A stretch of DNA of 64,000 nt from Minutocellus sp. GHC0000111 (lineage: Eukaryota), in the NCBI GenBank assembly GCA_977018835.1, contig OZ361256.1:5022001-5086000 (forward strand), given 5' to 3'. A program made the position numbers and the translations under genes. Within the stretch, counting starts at the first letter, position 1, and each line of letters opens with the position of its first letter. This document shows positions 1 to 12,338 of this stretch, in pieces. The notes below the pieces were generated by a model. The model was not told the DNA's origin, made no database searches, and saw only the letters and a program-made list of their open reading frames with translations.

Positions 1-398
1 AAGTTCTCATCCTCAAGAGATCAGAAGTTGCGTTATGGGACTATCCCGACGTGGACGATCCTTGGGGTTACATGGATGATGTAGGCATGCCGAGTACCAA
101 AAGTGTGACGGAGTCGAAGTCAAATTTACTCGACACGCTGTCGAAATTGTCAACTCCTCAGACTGGAGAAAAGGCCTCGTCGCTATCGACGGAAAAGAAT
201 GGGTCTAATAACTCGGCAAAATTCACATCCTCTCGAGAACGAAAGGCGGCGAGTGCCGCTGCCAAGAAGGAGAAGCAACGTGCGAAGAAGAAAGGGAAAA
301 AGAAGCCCAAGATGTATCTGGCAAATAAGCCTAAATCGTAGCTCATGTACGACAAACATCCTTACTCAATATCATTGCATTTCTTTTCTATGCAAAAT

Positions 399-725
399 TT
401 ATAAGGCAAAAGTATTTACAACACTTCCAAGTCCAGAACCGAAACCAGAATCCTTTACAGCGATTGCCGTGGCTGTTGGAATCGATGTGCCTTGCGCCTC
501 TCCCTCCTCGGCTGGGAATGTTGGTGAATTGTTCTTCTTCTTCTGAAATTCCCTTCCATTGACATGTATTGTATCCAAAGTCGTCACTGGTGGTATCGAT
601 ACATCAAAGTGAACGCAACCTTTTGGGCAACAACCGCAGCATCCGGCACAGCATCCGCTCCACACTCCCTCAGGGCCTTCCCAATTCTGTATCGGTCCTG
701 AGTAGACATTCATCCGTCCTGCCAA
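399..725 (-). CDS. small hypothetical Cys-rich protein (possibly 3' part of a gene)
   Basis: ORF with CCAGCCGCCPKGC cluster; no family recognised. Confidence 0.3.
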   Translation of the reverse strand: MAGRMNVYSGPIQNWEGPEGVWSGCCAGCCGCCPKGCVHFDVSIPPVTTLDTIHVNGREFQKKKNNSPTFPAEEGEAQGTSIPTATAIAVKDSGFGSGLGSVVNTFAL

Positions 726-819
726 CCCCGTCTAGCTGAGTTATCGCGCGGCTATAAATTTTAGCAAAAGGACGTCGTATGCCAGTAATCTATCTGTCGA
801 GAATTCCCACAAGTAGTTT

Positions 820-1578
820 CTATTTAGTATTTATTGGAACGGTTGAATACTTTCCTTTCGCTGGAATATGCACACGACCAATGCCAAAAGGCATTTCCCA
901 GGATGTCATTGAGAATGCAGCTGATTCTATGCCATTCTTTTGCGCATATTCATAGTCAGCATAGTCGGTGATAATCTTATGACAATTGCTGCAAATTGCA
1001 ATGCATTTGGCAGCTTCTTTTGCGAACGTCGCCAAAAATCGTCGGCGGCCATATTTGCAAACAGTGGTCAGAATGGTTGATTTGCCTTCAACTAGGAGAC
1101 ATCCACTCGATGTGATGCCATCCTCACCACCAACATGGTGACCATCGATGCAATATGATCTCTTCGAGTTAAACAACTGACCACAGCACAAACACTGCTT
1201 ATGCTCAAGTTTCCATGCATCATAAAATGCATATTACTCAATCGATGCACCTGTGCACGACCGTTGGTTCAGGCCGAGTCGAATTAACAAACTCTTGCTT
1301 CCTTCTGCGACTTCATCTGCTTCGTTGTGATTCAGAATCATTGACGATATGGATTCCCTGGCTTCTCGGAGTAACTTTGCTCGATTGATGCGCTCTTGGT
1401 GGTCTTCGCCTGCTGCTGCATCATCAGATAGAGTCTCAAACTCATCAAAATTGTCAGATGCGCGGAGGTGCCAGCGTTTACGCAAGTAATCGCCGTTAGT
1501 AACGCTCTTGTGACGATGGTACGATCTGGTCAACCGCTGGATGTTGTCCCTGTTGTCCTTGAGCTGCTTGGTGTTCAT
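820..1578 (-). pseudogene. HNH endonuclease-like protein interrupted by an in-frame TAA (1234-1236)
   Basis: ORFs 1234..1860 and 820..1191 are in the same frame: ...GASIE*YAFYDAWKLEHKQCLCCGQ...CIDGHHV...EAAKCIAICSNCHKIIT. CxxC / DxHH / CxNCH pattern typical of HNH nucleases; 5' end uncertain. Confidence 0.55.
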
Positions 1579-1668
1579 ATTCGATGGACAAGGCAGGTCA
1601 GCGGTGTCGGCAGATGATGCCCGAGACTCCTTCTCGTCGTCTGCCGTTTTGCTGAACAGGTCCGTTAC

Positions 1669-2286
1669 TTGCTTGGAACGATTAGCACTGACACCACCAA
1701 GTACCAGGGAATGAAGAGGACTCTCAGCGTCGCCAACAAGCAGCTTTCCAAGAAGGATGAAACCATTGCGTCCCTCGAAACTCAGGCTGCCACGAGTGCC
1801 GTTGGCGGCGGGGACGACAAGAAGCGCAAGCGCAAGCGCAAGGAGCGCAAGGACCCCCAAGTCACCAACGATTGTGAGAACAACAAGGGCGACTCCGCTT
1901 CCGCCAAGAAGAAGAAGGCCGATGCCAAGAAGAAGAAGGCCGATGCCAAGAAGAAGAAGGATGCCGCGGCCGCCGAAGAGGAGGAGGAGGCCGCCGCCGC
2001 CCGGAAGGTGTCGATCAGCAGCGTCGGATCGGGATTCGAGTCGTCTCCTGGGCAGCAGAAGTCCCCCCCTTCGGCCAAGAGTGCCAGCCGTGGCAAGAAG
2101 AAGGGCGGCAAGAAGAAGGGCTGTTTGATGGAGCTAGAGGACACCCAGTCCGAGTATGAGAGCACCGCCGAAGATGAGACCGCCCCGGCAGGAGCCAAGA
2201 AGAAGAAGAGCACCCCCTATGGCCGCGCTGGAACCGAATCGGAATACAGCGACGACGACGACGACGACGAAAGCTGGAGCGGATAG
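1669..2286 (+). CDS. Lys/Glu/Ala-rich low-complexity protein (probably lacks its 5' end)
   Basis: GC-rich ORF with KKKKADA repeats and acidic C-terminus. Confidence 0.4.
   Translation: MLGTISTDTTKYQGMKRTLSVANKQLSKKDETIASLETQAATSAVGGGDDKKRKRKRKERKDPQVTNDCENNKGDSASAKKKKADAKKKKADAKKKKDAAAAEEEEEAAAARKVSISSVGSGFESSPGQQKSPPSAKSASRGKKKGGKKKGCLMELEDTQSEYESTAEDETAPAGAKKKKSTPYGRAGTESEYSDDDDDDESWSG
1903..1962 (+). repeat. 21-bp coding tandem repeat (gccaagaagaagaaggccgat) x~3
   Basis: read directly; encodes AKKKKAD. Confidence 0.85.
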
Positions 2287-2497
2287 ACAGACAGTTACAC
2301 ATACATATTGGGGTGGTGGCTCAGGGGAGCAAAATGCTCAAGGTCCGTAGACGGGCGTTCGTCGTAGACGTAGCCAATCATCTAAATTTAAAATGCATGT
2401 TGATTTCTAGACTTATTCTTTGTAGCTACCCGCTCGCGTAGATATCCATTCCTCGATGGTCGATCGGTCTCTTATCCACGCGACATTCAGTACATTT

Positions 2498-3780
2498 TTA
2501 GGCCTTGAATTTCAACTCATCTGGGAGATTCGTGCAGTCATATCGAGCCTCTTCCCAATCTTCGTTTGTCAAACCTTCTTCTCCTTCGTCTGGAAAGTAA
2601 TAATTTAGAGCACTCGTGGTGTATTCTTACACAGAACTGACGAGCTGGTTTACCGTGATATCAATGGGTGGTGTAGGCAGTCCGTTGTCGGCGGCAAGGA
2701 AAGATTCAAAATCCACGTCCAAACAGAGTGGCTCCAGAACGTTTCGTTCAATATACAGTAGCACCTCGGGGTAGTCAGCTGTTCCAATAGGCGTATCGGG
2801 ATTTTCAATGAACGCATCATTGGCGAAAAAGCTCTGAAAGTTGCATACCCATCCATTTGCCGTCTGCTGATATGTGTTTTGCAAATTCTCGAGAAGTAGA
2901 TTCTCATTCTTTTCGATTTGGTCGGCAAGGAATGCGGCGATCTCCTCAACGGATTCGTCGACTTCGTCTGCTGCATCCTCCAGGAAGCCGAGAATGGATT
3001 CCAAATCATCAACAGTTTCCTCTAGCCTATCGATTTCTCCGTTCATATCAAGGATCACGCCATTGATTGTGTCTACTTGTTCCGTCAGGCTTCCAATCAG
3101 TCCTTGGAGGATCTCATTTTCATCAAACAAATCATCATTCAAGCGAGCCGCCTCGAGAGCTGCGTTGCCAATGTCATCCATAGCGTTCTCCAAGTCATTC
3201 GCCTCACTTTCCAGTGCAATGGCTGTTTCATTCAATTCGTCGTTCAAGAGTTCATATTCTTCGTTCGATTCTGTTAGCATCTCGTTCTGTTCTTCTAGCT
3301 CGTGAACTGTACTGTTTAGACTGTTCGTCAGTTTAGCGTAGAGAGCGTTTGATAATTGCAATTGCTCATTCTGTTCAGCAAACTCTTCCAAATTTCTTCG
3401 AGTTTTTCGTTCTCTTCTTCGTATCTATCAACCTCCGCAGATAGATCAGAGACGGCCGTTTCCAATCGATCGACCTGCGTCTCAAGTTCTTTCACCTGTT
3501 CGGTCAGCGCCAAATAATTCGGAAGTAGGTATGCCCAAGCGCCAGTTGCAAAGACGCTGTACACCAAGACGGCACCGACGGCAGGTTTGCTCAGTCCGAA
3601 TATGGGTCCAAGAAATCTCGACGTTGCACTCTTACTTTTTGGTTTGGCTTCTTGAGCAGAATCTGTGACGATGTGATGCTCAACAATTGTTTTGTTGATA
3701 GATCTAACATCTTGGGGAGGCGGCGCTACTGTTTCCGATTCCGCCGGTGGCAAATCAGGAGATGGGGTATCGTCCGCCAT
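2498..3780 (-). pseudogene. membrane-anchored long coiled-coil protein, with frameshift (~3392) and in-frame TAA (2627-2629)
   Basis: N-terminal TM segment plus heptad-rich acidic coil; ORFs 3328..3780 and 2627..3391 join by a 1-nt shift (GAAGAAATTTG). Frame continues past the TAA as EYTTSALNYYFPDEGEEGLTNEDWEEARYDCTNLP... to a stop at 2498. Confidence 0.7.
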
Positions 3781-4580
3781 GCCTCACGAGCAGTGTAAAG
3801 CAATGGAAGAACGCACTGCCGTGAGGTGATAATTAATGGCTCGAGATCCTGTCAAATTATCGCCGTCGCAAAAGGAAGGATGGATTGTTGGCACGTTCGC
3901 CGGGGGCAGAGCAGAAGCGGGATGGGACTGGACTTACTCGACTGAATCGACTGCCCCGGGGGGGCAGAGGAGCACCATACAAGCTACCATACAGCGAAAC
4001 AGCATGTATCGGTACATGTAGACATGTAGACGTCTACATGTAATGTCTCACTTTTAAATCTAGTTCCCACTAGCGACGACCTTTGAAATCCGGCAACATT
4101 TCTGCATGACTCAGCGAGACTTGAATCCATCCGATCCACCACCAATCAAATCTTCCCGACCGACCGACGAACACCTTGGTGGCCACTCTTGTAGATCTAC
4201 GATCACGCATTCTCAAACATGACATGGTCAGAGACTCCTCTCCTTCCTTTATTCTTGTGCTGGAGAACGAAACAACTTATCTACTTTTCCAAGAAAGCGA
4301 CAAGCTAGCTAGCTAGAGATTTTCTGCTCATCTGTACCGGTAGGAATCCTACATGTAGACGGACACATATTTCAATATGAAAGCGACGACAAACCTGGCG
4401 AAACTTCTCAAAGGCGCTGTCTCAATATGCGTTTTCTTCTTGTTGGCCCTGCTGCTGTAGGCATGATGTCCAGCTGTCCAAGCCACACTTATCAGTCAGT
4501 CGAAGATTATACATCCGCGAAGCCGACACATGCATTCCCCGGAAGATTTCGAATGACTGAAGCACAAGCAACAAGCAACG

Positions 4581-5012
4581 TCATCCCTCACCATTACTGT
4601 TTGCATTCTCATCATTTCCGCCGTCACCTTCCTTCTTAGTGACCTTCTGTGCTTTGTCCTTTTCTTCTCTTTGTCGCAAAAGCTTGTTTGCTTCGTCACT
4701 TATTCGCCCATGGTTGTGCCATTCTGGTAAGACCTGTATGGCATCCTCTTGGATTGGCGCAATGTCTTCTTCGTTTATCATTGATGATGATGACCCAGAG
4801 AGTGGCGTCGTCTGGCCCTTTGATGACCCCGAGCCATTGGGCCCACCTTGCACATCTTTGTTCGAGGCATAAATGAACCAAGTGGCAACTATGGCAAAGA
4901 CGACCAAGAAATTGCGAATGTGAGTGCGACCATTGGTCCCATTGAAGCAGCTCTCACTTTCGTCTTCGTGGTAGTATTTCGGTGGGGCGACGTGGTGGTG
5001 ACGGCTGACCAT
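4581..5012 (-). CDS. small single-pass membrane protein, unknown function
   Basis: ATG 5012 (MVSRHHH), hydrophobic FLVVFAIVATWFIY segment, charged tail. Confidence 0.55.
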   Translation of the reverse strand: MVSRHHHVAPPKYYHEDESESCFNGTNGRTHIRNFLVVFAIVATWFIYASNKDVQGGPNGSGSSKGQTTPLSGSSSSMINEEDIAPIQEDAIQVLPEWHNHGRISDEANKLLRQREEKDKAQKVTKKEGDGGNDENANSNGEG

Positions 5013-5434
5013 CGTCGGGCCAGCACAACTTTGGGGTTCGAAGAGTATCAATATTGATGTGAAGTGAAAGAGGGTCTCCGGTGGAGCCACAGGCATTCTA
5101 GTAAGACTTGTCCCCACCGGCTGCTCCGGCCATGCCGCAGTATCTTGCTCTGGCGCCGCAAAATGACCTGGCGACTCGACTCACGCGACTCACTCACTCG
5201 ACTCAAGAAGTAATCGAAAAGAGCGGCAAGGCAGTCAAGTCAAGATGGAGATATTGCGCGAAGATATCGGTACGCGCAACAATGAATCGGTCGGCGACGC
5301 ACAATAAACTCGCTATACGATCGCACCGTAAAAGATGGTCTCGACCTTACTACGTAGAATAAAACTTGGGTGGGTCAGCCAACTACCTATCTACTGACTT
5401 TTCAGCTACGTAGCTAAAAAAAGGGATTCATTCA

Positions 5435-6706
5435 TCACTTCCCAGAAGTTGCAGCTTCCGAAGGCTTTCCGGTGTTGCTACCACCACTGCCTTTGTTATT
5501 GCCTCCTCGCCGAACCAACACATTGTAGAAGATAAAGCCAACGAGCGATACACTGTAGCCACAAAATTGTATGCCCGTCACAACTTCTCCCATGAAGACA
5601 GCATTGAACAACACGAGGACACCATTCCTTGCCGTCGCCACGAGCTTGAGCATGAGTGCATTGGTGTGTTGTATGACCACCGCATTGATGGCGTTGGTAC
5701 TGATGGCCATCACGGACGAAAACAAAAATGCGCCCTTGTTCGTAATGAACATATTCCACGTGGTACTGTCAAAGTGTCGAAATTCGACAATAATTGCAAA
5801 AAGAAGAACCCAAGCGGCACTTATCGGCGTCACGTAGTATAAGGTCTCGACGACGTTGAACTTGAAGTTCTTGAGCATCAATTGGGTAAAGACCAGTTTC
5901 AATGCCTCGCACATTTGTGCGCTGAGCATGCAGCCCATGCCGATGAGGGAAAAGTTGAGCTCTCCCAACCCCGCAAATGCCGTCCCAAGACAAATGATCA
6001 ACACACAACCAATGATTTGCCGAGTCGGTCGGGTAAGACCGAATGAAGTCATGAACGCCAGTGTCATTACCGGGGTGAATGCCTTGAGCATCTGTACGAA
6101 CGATACCGTCAAAAAGAGGTAACTGGCCATACCCAGCACAATGGTACCCGCCGACAGTGCGCCAATGGGCAATATGTTGGTCATGTAGAACTTGCGATCG
6201 ACCATGTCCTTGTGCTTGAAATCGACGAAACCGATACGAATGGCCACCCAGCACACGGCCCACGAGAAGGTCAGAGTTAAGAACGACAAGCTCAATGGAA
6301 AGGCAAAGCCAATGTCTGATAATACATGCTTGTTGGACATGATGAGGAGCGGGCCGCTTAGCGCAAAGATTGTTAGGTAAAACAACATTTGCGCCATTTC
6401 CGTCCGGCTGCTCTTTTTGCCCTTGGATAGACCTGTGGTATCAAATCCATCGTCGCTGCCTCTTCGTTTGACCATACCGGGCGAAGGCGGATAGTCCAGC
6501 CCGTGCGAGGCACCACTTCCTCCTTGTGGCGGGGGCGGTGGGGAGACGGCGCCGTTGGCCAGGACATCGTCGCCGAGCAAAGGTCTGCTCTGTTGCTGGC
6601 CGAGTTCTACATCTGCCCCCGAGGACGGCACCGCACCACCGCCCCCCATTGCTGAATCGGAATCGACAATTGATGCTGCCCTGGAACTTCCTCTCCTTGA
6701 GGTCAT
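5435..6706 (-). CDS. triose-phosphate/nucleotide-sugar transporter family (SLC35/TPT)
   Basis: multi-TM 423 aa; NKHVL..F.FP, LTVSFVQMLKAFTP, GELNFSLIG motifs. Confidence 0.88.
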   Translation of the reverse strand: MTSRRGSSRAASIVDSDSAMGGGGAVPSSGADVELGQQQSRPLLGDDVLANGAVSPPPPPQGGSGASHGLDYPPSPGMVKRRGSDDGFDTTGLSKGKKSSRTEMAQMLFYLTIFALSGPLLIMSNKHVLSDIGFAFPLSLSFLTLTFSWAVCWVAIRIGFVDFKHKDMVDRKFYMTNILPIGALSAGTIVLGMASYLFLTVSFVQMLKAFTPVMTLAFMTSFGLTRPTRQIIGCVLIICLGTAFAGLGELNFSLIGMGCMLSAQMCEALKLVFTQLMLKNFKFNVVETLYYVTPISAAWVLLFAIIVEFRHFDSTTWNMFITNKGAFLFSSVMAISTNAINAVVIQHTNALMLKLVATARNGVLVLFNAVFMGEVVTGIQFCGYSVSLVGFIFYNVLVRRGGNNKGSGGSNTGKPSEAATSGK

Positions 6707-7146
6707 TTAGTTAGTATTGGTTACGAATGTCGGGTCGATTAATTCTTGGAGGTAGGTAGTAAGCGAGGGAAAAGACTGGTTTTGTGATGAGAAAGAACCA
6801 ACTTTTGTGTACTTGCAAGCAGATGCGAAGAATTCGAAGCACGTGTCGTGTCGAATTGCTGTCTCTCTGTGTGTAAAGTGGATATTTGCACGCCCCTTTG
6901 CTTTATTGCTAAGTCGGAGGCTTCTTCGTGCGTGGTAATCAGATGAACAAAGAGCCCACGGCAATTGGTTGCCAAATTGTTGCTTCGCTCAAATGCTGGT
7001 GGGTTTGGTTTTTACTTGGCTTGTGGGGATGGGCGGGCTGTGCGGCTGCGTGGTCATTGTTTGTCCCTCCTCCTTTCTTTTTTGCGTCATCACTGGCCTG
7101 ACAGGCACCGCCGCCACAATAAGTCAGCAACCAAAAGTACCCAACC

Positions 7147-8384
7147 ATGAGCTCCTCCGACAAGGGAAGCGCCGCAGCCCCGAAGCGGGTGGAAAGCGAT
7201 GTTTACGATCGTCAGATTCGCCTTTGGGGCGCTGATGCGCAGGTGGGTGTTGTCCGCTGGTTTGTTTCCATGTGCTAAGCAGCAGCGTCTGCAATGAGCC
7301 TCATTTTTTTCATGGCCTCTCCACAACTGGAGGAGAACTGGAGGACCAGCTGTTGTTGTTATGCCACTTATCCTGACTAACCACCTCTCGCTCACTCTCC
7401 TCCTATTCGTGATTACAGCGCAAAATGGCGTCGGTCCGCGTCCTCTACGTTCACATGAGCGGCGTGTCCTCGGAGATACTGAAAAATCTGGTCCTTGCCG
7501 GCATCCGTGCCGCCATTTGCGACGGCAGACCCTACCCTTCAGCCATCGCTTCGATGCCCTCCTCGTTCCTCCCCCCTGCCGAACGTTCGGGTGCCGAGAA
7601 TGATTCCAGTGCCGCCGACGCCGACAAGGAGGAGGGGTCTCCCGCCAAGAAGGCTCGGCCGGCCACGGTGGCCAGCGCCATGCAGCCGCACGTCGTCGAG
7701 CTCAATCCTCTCCTCGACGGGTGCGAGATCAACGAAAGTTTGGTCGAGGATGTACCCGACGAGTACTTTGCCCAGTTCGGCATCGTGGTGGCCTCTCACC
7801 TCAGCGTCGAGCAGGCGAAGCGCATCGCCAAGGCCACGGTCGGCGCTGGGAATAAGTTCATCCTCGTCGATACCTTTGGGTTGGAGGGATGTGCTCTGTT
7901 GGACCTCGGTCCCGAGCATCAGTTCCGCAAGGAGATGGGCAAGGATAAGCTATCGGATGTGATGAAGATTGATCCATACCTGCCATTTGCTGATATGATG
8001 GACGTCCCCTTGTCGGATATGACGGCTCGGTGGGATAAACAGCCTCCCAAGGTCCTTACCACGTATCTGTCGTATTTGGAATATCAGGCCAAGTCGGGCA
8101 AGTGGCCTGACGAGGAGAACGCATCGGACTACGCCGACAAGACCAAGACGTGGCTAGCAGAGAGTAAGATTGTGGGTGAGGATTACCTTGGCGATGACGA
8201 AAAACTCAAGCATATTGCGTCCCTCTCCGATGCTGAAGTATCGCCCGTTTGCGCTGTCCTCGGCGGCGTCATTGGCAATGAGTGCATCAAGGCCATTAGC
8301 GGCAAAGCCGAACCGGCCAACAATGTTCTCATGTTCGATGGCGTTGATGGAGGCTGTAGAACCTTCCTTCTCAAGAAGAAGTAG
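7147..8384 (+). CDS. SAE1: SUMO-activating enzyme subunit 1 (ThiF/E1 family); exons 7147-7242 and 7419-8384
   Basis: YDRQIRLWGADAQ | intron GT 7243..AG 7418 | RKMASVRVL..SEILKNLVLAGI; C-terminal SPVCAVLGGVIGNE. Confidence 0.88.
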
Positions 8385-8627
8385 AGATAGAGAGGGCGTG
8401 CGCGTGTGCGCGATTTCACTGCCCATCGTCTGGGGAAATAGAAACAAATCAAATGTAAATGCACCGACGTTCTTGCCTGCAAGAAGATCCGCTTGTGTTT
8501 GACCCCTTCGGGCCAGATGCTTGTAATTCCGATTGAGGAGTTGTAAATTAGAGCGTAGTGTTTACCGGTAGTTTAAAGCCAATGCATGCCAATTCCTAAT
8601 TTATTTAAAATACGCATGTGCAATGAG

Positions 8628-9698
8628 TCAAAGCCCTTTGGTTGCATACCCGATAGCAATCGCAACCGCCGCTACAACCACAACTTTCGGAAGTATATTT
8701 TTTTTATGAGCTGGATCATTAGGAGGAGAATCGCCAAACTTGGTGCCATCGCTCCATTTACCCTTTGCAACGAGCCATTCTCGCATGCCCATGGCATCTG
8801 GAACAATATCGCGGAACGTTCAGGTAGCCGATTCGGGATCAAAGTCTTGTGAACCTTTAACAACATACTGTACCATGTGATACAAATCAGAAGAAATCAG
8901 CCAAAGAATCGGTGTAGGTGGAGCCATCTTGTAAGTACAAGGCACTTTCGATATTAGAAGCCTCGTGTTCTCAGCACCAGTGGAGACACAAGATACGCAG
9001 GTAACGTATTTTCCTCGCCATTTTGAGGTATCATTTGCCATGGCAACAGCTTCCTTGCCTACGTCGTATGTCGCCACGAAGCTGACCATCGCATCGGATG
9101 GGTACAAATCTGAAAGATACCCTCGCGTCAATGGGTTGTAAGTACGGGGCTCGTCATAGTTTTCGAAGAATGATGAAGGTCGAAGGATACTGAAGTTTTC
9201 TATGCCTGAGTTTCGAAGATATATTTCGAGCGCCAACTTATTAGTAATGTTTCTTGCTTTGCAGATTTCTGGGTCAACCGCAGCACTGTGGCTTGAACAA
9301 AGAATAACGTGCTTTGTTCGAAGCTTCTTACATGAATCGATCATGACTCGGGCGTGACGAAGCTCAGTCTTGGTATTGGACTGCGCAATGGAGATGAAAT
9401 CTGTAATGAGAACGGCAACATCTGCATTTGCCTGTTCTAGGGCGCTTTCCATGGATTGTTTGTTATCGAATTGAAATTTGATGGGGATGATGCCAGCATT
9501 GCAGAGTTTGGGGCTTTTGGGATCTCGAGAAGTTCCATAAACATTGTATCGACCACAATCTAGAAAGGCGCAGCATATGCCATAACCCAGCTTACCTGTC
9601 GCTAGAACAACAAGAACATTTTGCTTGGATGTGTTGGTAGCCATCGTGGCCTCAGCTACGGCTCTGCCTTTTTTATCGGCACATGTAGTCGACGACAT
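8628..9698 (-). pseudogene. NmrA-like NAD(P)-binding protein with in-frame TGA (8820-8822)
   Basis: VLVVLATGKLGYG Rossmann motif, ILRPSSFFEN, VATYDVGK; frame continues past the TGA (TFRDIVPDAMGMREWL...KWSDG..F + TM tail) to a stop at 8628. Confidence 0.75.
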
Positions 9699-10285
9699 GA
9701 TTCTCTCCCGAGGGTGAGTTGGCGTGAATGATCAAAGTCTAACCGCAGGGCCAATAATCAGGCCCGTCTCCCGGAGGACTATCTATGAATATTGACATTA
9801 ACCAAGCAGGTGTATATGGATCTGGTGGCGGCTGATCAGGTGGATCTGGAGCTCCTACCTAGGTACGGATGAAAATGATGAGGGGAAGTCCTCTGCAGGT
9901 CGCCCGAACCTTCGCAGCCGAACTTCGATAATGCACAACAGTATCAAGCCAAGTAAGATCGAGACGATAAAGAGGAGTGGTAGAATGCCTTCGATTATCG
10001 TGAGGACGAAGGAAGCGGGCATGGCTGGCTACCCTGTGGTTCGCACTTTGGATGTGCTTGCATGCCATGATCTGCCATGCCCATCTTGCTGCTTGGCTGC
10101 GTCTTCTCCGGCGGCCGGAGGCCTTTTGCACCCAGGGCGACGTTTTTGAGCTACGACGTAGGGTTTGCATGCAGCGATGGAAGACACGCGGGGCGACTCA
10201 CTCGACTCACTCCTCGTTGAGTGGAGAGTTGCTCGCGCTGCAGCAGCATGATGAGAGCATCAGTCACTTGGCTAACTTGACAATA

Positions 10286-12186
10286 ATGGCATCAGCATCA
10301 ACTCGCCTCCGCCTCCGCCGGATCGCTGCTGCTGCACCCATGCAGTGGCGATGGCAGGCCTTCCACGTATCCCGATCAACAACAGTGCAACGACCATTGT
10401 TGGCCTGGTCACGGCCAATCCTTGAATCCAGATCTCTTTCCAGTTCATCGTCGAAACCGGACAAAGATTCGCATCTTCATGCGGACCCCAACAGCAAGAA
10501 GGCCGACATTCGGAGCGTATCGGCTGGCCTTCCAGACTGGATTGAGCATTGGTCGCGTGACAATTTTCGCAAAGTTGGCTATGGCCTCGGGGCTGCGTCT
10601 CTTCTATCGGTCCCAGTTGGCTATCCACTTTTGTCGGCAGCCCTCGCAACCACGACTGCTGCGTACTGGACGATCGGATTGAATGACATTGGTCAAACCA
10701 AGCAAACTAGTCGGCGCAACTTTCCAGTGCTTGGAAACATGCGGTATCTCTTGGAATCCATTCGACCAGAGATAAGACAGTATTTCATCGAGGCAGACGA
10801 TGAGCAGTCGCCGTTCAGCAGATCGCATCGGACGATTGTTTACATGAGAGCAAAGGGGATCGAGTCGACTCAGCCCTTCGGAACTCGACGCAATGTCAAT
10901 GCAGTAGGCTACGAATGGGCACAGCACTCTCTCTACCCAACCAAAATTGGGGAGCAGCGCATCTTGGTAGGAGGCAACAATCCGCATACAACCCAACCAT
11001 ACTCTGCCTCCATGCTAAACATATCTGCCATGAGCTATGGAGCCTTATCAGATAGGGCAATCCTGGCCCTTTCAGCAGGAGCGAAGCTTGGTAATTTCTA
11101 CCACAACACCGGTGAAGGTGCTATCTCCAAGTTTCATCGCGAGGGGGGTGCAGATCTTGTGTGGAACATTGGCACGGCGTATTTTGGTTGCGGAACGTTC
11201 GATGACAATGGGGCTAGAGTGTTTGATCCTACTCTATTTGTTGATAACTCAAAGTATGCCAAAATGATCGAAATCAAGCTCTCACAAGGTGCCAAACCGG
11301 CACATGGAGGCATGCTACCAAAAGAGAAAAAATCTCTCCCGAAATTGCAGAGGCGCGAAATCTTCCCTACCCGCCTATCCATGACTGCAACTCTCCTGCA
11401 CGGCACTCGGCATTCAACAATGAGCAGGAGTTGTGTGATTTCATCATTCAGCTTAGAAAGTTATCAGGAGGCAAGCCCGTTGGTATCAAGTTGTGCATGG
11501 GCCATCCAGAGGAGTTTGCCTCTTTGGTCAGAGCTTTCCTCGAGCACGAGGAGTCCGGTGGATTTCCTGATTTCATTACGATTGATGGTAGTGAGGGTGG
11601 AACGGGCGCTGCTCCGCCGGAATTTAGTAATAGCATCGGCACTCCGCTCAATGAGGGTTTATCGTTCGCCCACGCCTGCTTGGTTGGTGCTGGATTAAGG
11701 AACCCAGTAGATAAGTCCCAGTCAAAGATAAGTCTCATTGCGAGTGGGAAGGTAGGAAGTGGCTTTGCAATGTACAGAAATATGGCTCTAGGCGCGGACA
11801 TCTGCAATGCTGCTAGGTCATTTCTCTTTAGCTTGGGGTGTATCCAGGCATTGAAGTGCAACACTAACACCTGCCCCACTGGCATTACTACTCAAAATCG
11901 CGATTTGTCCTGGGGGTTGGATCCAGAAACCAAGAGCGTGCGGGTGGCTAATTTTCATCGCGAGACTGTCAAGGCCTGCATAGAAATCATGGAAGCTACT
12001 GGTGTGGATTCCTGGAGCGGTGTTCGGCCGCATCATGTATGCCGCCGCATTGGACTCGGGCAGTCGAAAACCTTGGAGGAGATCTTTTTGCATTTGCAAG
12101 TGGAACAAGGGGCACTGCTAGAAGGAATGGGTCCTGACCGACTTCAAGCCTGTTGGAACCTCGAGTCCTATGTCAGATCTATGTGA
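10286..12186 (+). pseudogene. FMN-binding glutamate synthase family protein, frameshift in A-run ~11327-11332
   Basis: RNFPVLGNMRYLLE, NISAMSYGALS, HNTGEG, EIKLSQGAKP, DFITIDGSEGGTGAAP, GCIQALKCNTNTCPTG; Arg/Ser-rich mitochondrial-type presequence. Confidence 0.82.
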
Positions 12187-12338
12187 CTCACCTCTCGGAA
12201 TCTGCGTGTTGGTATTGCTTTGGAAAGTGAACGAAAAAGAAAGAAAGAAAGAAATGATCGTTGTTTCGTACTAAACTTCTTCTAATTCTACGTATAGATT
12301 GACTTTTTAAGAATGTACAGGCAAATTCTATCCTACAT

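Noticed and set aside
51..341. Lys-rich ORF at the window edge
   Set aside because: Possibly the 3' end of a gene starting outside the window, but no recognisable motif supports a call
4035..4357. Third TACATGTA-flanked retroelement insertion
   Set aside because: The intervening sequence shows no similarity to the element's 3' end
11320..11340. Programmed ribosomal frameshift in the glutamate synthase gene
   Set aside because: Simple A6 run with no obvious stimulatory structure, in a window full of comparable lesions
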